Source: Amphiscolops sp. MND2022 (Eukaryota). Taken from it: a DNA stretch of 64,000 bases. Numbering within the stretch: the stretch's first letter is position 1; every line of letters starts with the position of its first letter. Made by a program: the position numbers and the translations under genes. Positions 61,301 to 64,000 of the stretch are shown here, one piece after another. The notes below the pieces were generated by a model. It worked only from the letters and a program-made list of their open reading frames with translations. It was not told the origin of the DNA and did not search any database. The DNA is taken from the NCBI GenBank assembly GCA_964187785.1, contig OZ076411.1:46190001-46254000 (forward strand). Direction: 5' to 3'.

Positions 61301-64000
61301 AGGAAGCTGAAGTCAACAAAATCTCCCAGCATTTCGTTGTTTGGACCTTTCTCTCATTTCTTCGGAAAACGATGTCTTTTTGATGTTTTTGAAACAATCG
61401 CGCTACTGTAAAAGTATCAAATAAACATTTTGTGTCAATTCGTAGCTGGTTTCGTTTTGTTTATTTTGATTTGGAAAAAAATAGTGTGGAACAGAAGAAA
61501 AATGATCCCGATTAGAGAATGTTTCTGTCCTAATGTTTAGATTAGTAGGCTAAAATCAGAAGACAATACCGGAAATGAGAGTATCGTTACGCGTGAAAAT
61601 ATTTGACCGGAAGTTTTAGCTAGTCTAGAATCTTTTCTGAAAATATTCCGTAATGCTTACGTTGGATTTTCACATTCGAAGAATTACTTGCAATTAATTT
61701 AGCTGTACTGTAAAGAGAGTTTAGGTTAGTTTATCAAAGTTTCTAAGTTCAATGATAATTACCTCGGCCTTGTCCCCTGCCTCTGCCAAATCCTGGGATG
61801 CTACTGCAACAGGTGAAATCACGACCGGGAGCGGTTCGTGACAAGTACTTAGCAGCCAAACCGATAAAGACGAAGAATGAACCGGATAGCGCTTCATGTT
61901 CCCGCTCCCGTGTTTTGAATTTGTGCAAGAAAGTCTTTTTATACTGACATCCCAAGATTTTTCTTCAACCTTTGCAGCATCTGACTTTTTAGGAGCAATT
62001 ATGGAACCTATTTTAAACGTTGACCCAATTTTAGCTGATTGAATTTCCTCTAAGTGTGTCAATTTCAGATTGATTTTTACAGCAACACTTTCTACTAAAT
62101 AGCTCTAACAAAATTGTGTTTAGGGCTTCCTCGGGATCCTTTTTGAAATCTGTGAAAAAGGAGGATTGCTTCTCACGTTTCTTTTAAGGTCATTTTCTTA
62201 TCGTAACATCAACCCAAAGACAAGTGTCTAAAATAGACATGTAATTGCGTCAAAAAACCAATCAGAAGTTGTGCTAAAACAACCGATTTTTTGGATATTG
62301 TCCCATGTGTCTTCTAGTCTGGAAATTTTTTTCCGCTTTTAGGCAATGCCATTTCCGTCTAAAGCTACAAATTTTATTGTTTGAGGAAACTGAAGTCGAC
62401 AAAATCTCCCAGCATTTCGTTGTTTGGACCTTTCTCTCATTTCTTCGGAAAACGATGTCTTTTTTATGTTTTTGAAACAATCGCGCTACTGTAAAAGTAT
62501 CAAATAAACATTTTGTGTCAATTCGTAGCTGCTTTCGTTTTGTTTATTTTGATTTGGAAAAAAATAGTGTGGAACAGAAGAAAAATGATCCCGATTAGAG
62601 AATGTTTCTGTCCTAATGTTTAGATTAGTAGGCTAAAATCAGAAGACAATACCGGAAATGAGAGTAGCGTTACGCGTGAAAATATTTGACCGGAAGTTTT
62701 AGCTAGTTTAGAATCTTTTCTGAAAATGTTCCGTAATGCTTACGTTGGATTTTCACATTCGGAGAATTACTTGCAATTAATTTAGCTGTACTGTAAAGAG
62801 AGTTTAGGTTAGTTTATCAAAGTTTCTAAGTTCAATGATAATTACCTCGGCCTTGTCCCCTGCCTCTGCCAAATCCTGGGATGCTACTGCAACAGGTGAA
62901 ATTACGACCGGGAGCGGTTCCTGACAAGTACTTAGCAGCCAAACCGATAAGGACGAAGAATGAACCGGATAGCGCTTCATGTTCCCGCTCCCGTGTTTTG
63001 AATTTGTGCAAGAAAGTCTTTTTATACTGACATCCCAAGATTTTTCTTCAACCTTTGCAGCATTTGACTTTTTAGGAGCAATTATGGAACCTATTTTAAA
63101 CGTTGACCCAATTTTAGCTGATTGAATTTCCTCTAAGTGTGTCAATTTCAGATTGATTTTTACAGCAACACTTTCTACTAAATAGCTCTGACAAAATTGT
63201 GTTTAGGGCTTCCTCGGGATCCTTTTTGAAATCTGTGAAAATGGAGGATTGCTTCTCACGTTTCTTTTAAGGTCAATTTCTTATCGTAACATCAACCCAA
63301 AGACAAGTTTCTAAAATAGACATGTAATTGCGTCAAAAAACCAATCAGAAGTTGTGCTAAAACAACCGATTTTTTGGATATTGTCTCATGTGTCTTCTAG
63401 TATGGAAATTTCTCCGCTTTTAGGCAATGCCATTTCCGTCTAAAGCTACAAATTTTATTGTTTGAGGAAGCTGAAGTCGACAAAATCTCCCAGCATTTCG
63501 TTGTTTGGACCTTTCTCTCATTTCTTCGGAAAACGATGTCTTTTTGATGTTTTTGAAACAATCGCGCTACTGTAAAAGTATCAAATAAACATTTTGTGTC
63601 AATTCGTAGCTGCTTTCGTTTTGTTTATTTTGATTTGGAAAAAAATAGTGTGGAACAGAAGAAAAATGATCCCGATTAGAGAATGTTTCTGTCCTAATGT
63701 TTAGATTAGTAGGCTAAAATCAGAAGACAATACCGGAAATGAGAGTAGCGTTACGCGTGAAAATATTTGACCGGAAGTTTTAGCTAGTTTAGAATCTTTT
63801 CTGAAAATATTCCGTAATGCTTACGTTGGATTTTCACATTCGGCGAATTACTTGCAATTAATTTAGCTGTACTGTAAAGAGAGTTTAGGTTAGTTTATCA
63901 AAGTTTCTAAGTTCAATGATAATTACCTCGGCCTTGTCCCCTGCCTCTGCCAAATCCTGGGATGCTACTGCAACAGGTGAAATCACGACCGGGAGCGGTT
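54998..64000. repeat. Tandem array, ~1081-bp unit (348 bp LTR-derived plus 733 bp unrelated), 8 full units and a partial, open at the window end
   Basis: Unit starts (agtgtggaacag) at 54998, 56079, 57160, 58240, 59321, 60402, 61483, 62566, 63647. Units differ by only scattered substitutions. Confidence 0.97.

Noticed and set aside
54998-64000. CRISPR-like or coding gene array
   Set aside because: The units are whole ~1081-bp near-identical repeats with no unique spacers, in a eukaryotic context. The repeated ORFs are by-products of the repeat.

Overview
AT-rich, intron-containing, TE-dense animal genomic DNA. The TE families resemble those I associate with acoel flatworm genomes, which is an unverified impression. 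Host genes: an 11-exon NCKAP5-like gene on the minus strand (26563->13499, about 1888 aa, all splice phases consistent) and one exon of a RASL10-like small GTPase (3039-3344). The right half holds two Ty3/gypsy LTR retrotransposons, both on the minus strand. The first is a degenerate 5.25-kb element with 189-bp LTRs (32973-38221). The second is much larger, and its 3' LTR appears to be about 6.9 kb (39958 to about 46858), longer than its 6.2-kb gag-pol interior. That candidate giant LTR carries a 7-exon antisense gene for a zinc-finger protein resembling a catalytically degenerate hAT transposase, a second divergent gene whose start codon overlaps the first in a CCATGG palindrome, and the first ~125 codons of gag. 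Gag therefore starts inside the LTR and reads through the PBS. Two solo LTRs of related families (8164-9544, 28654-30309) carry the same type of gag N-terminus. The 5' LTR of the large element is cut off at 55345, and the junction has been amplified into a young ~1081-bp tandem array (8 full units plus a partial one) running off the window. All alignments and family assignments were made by eye.
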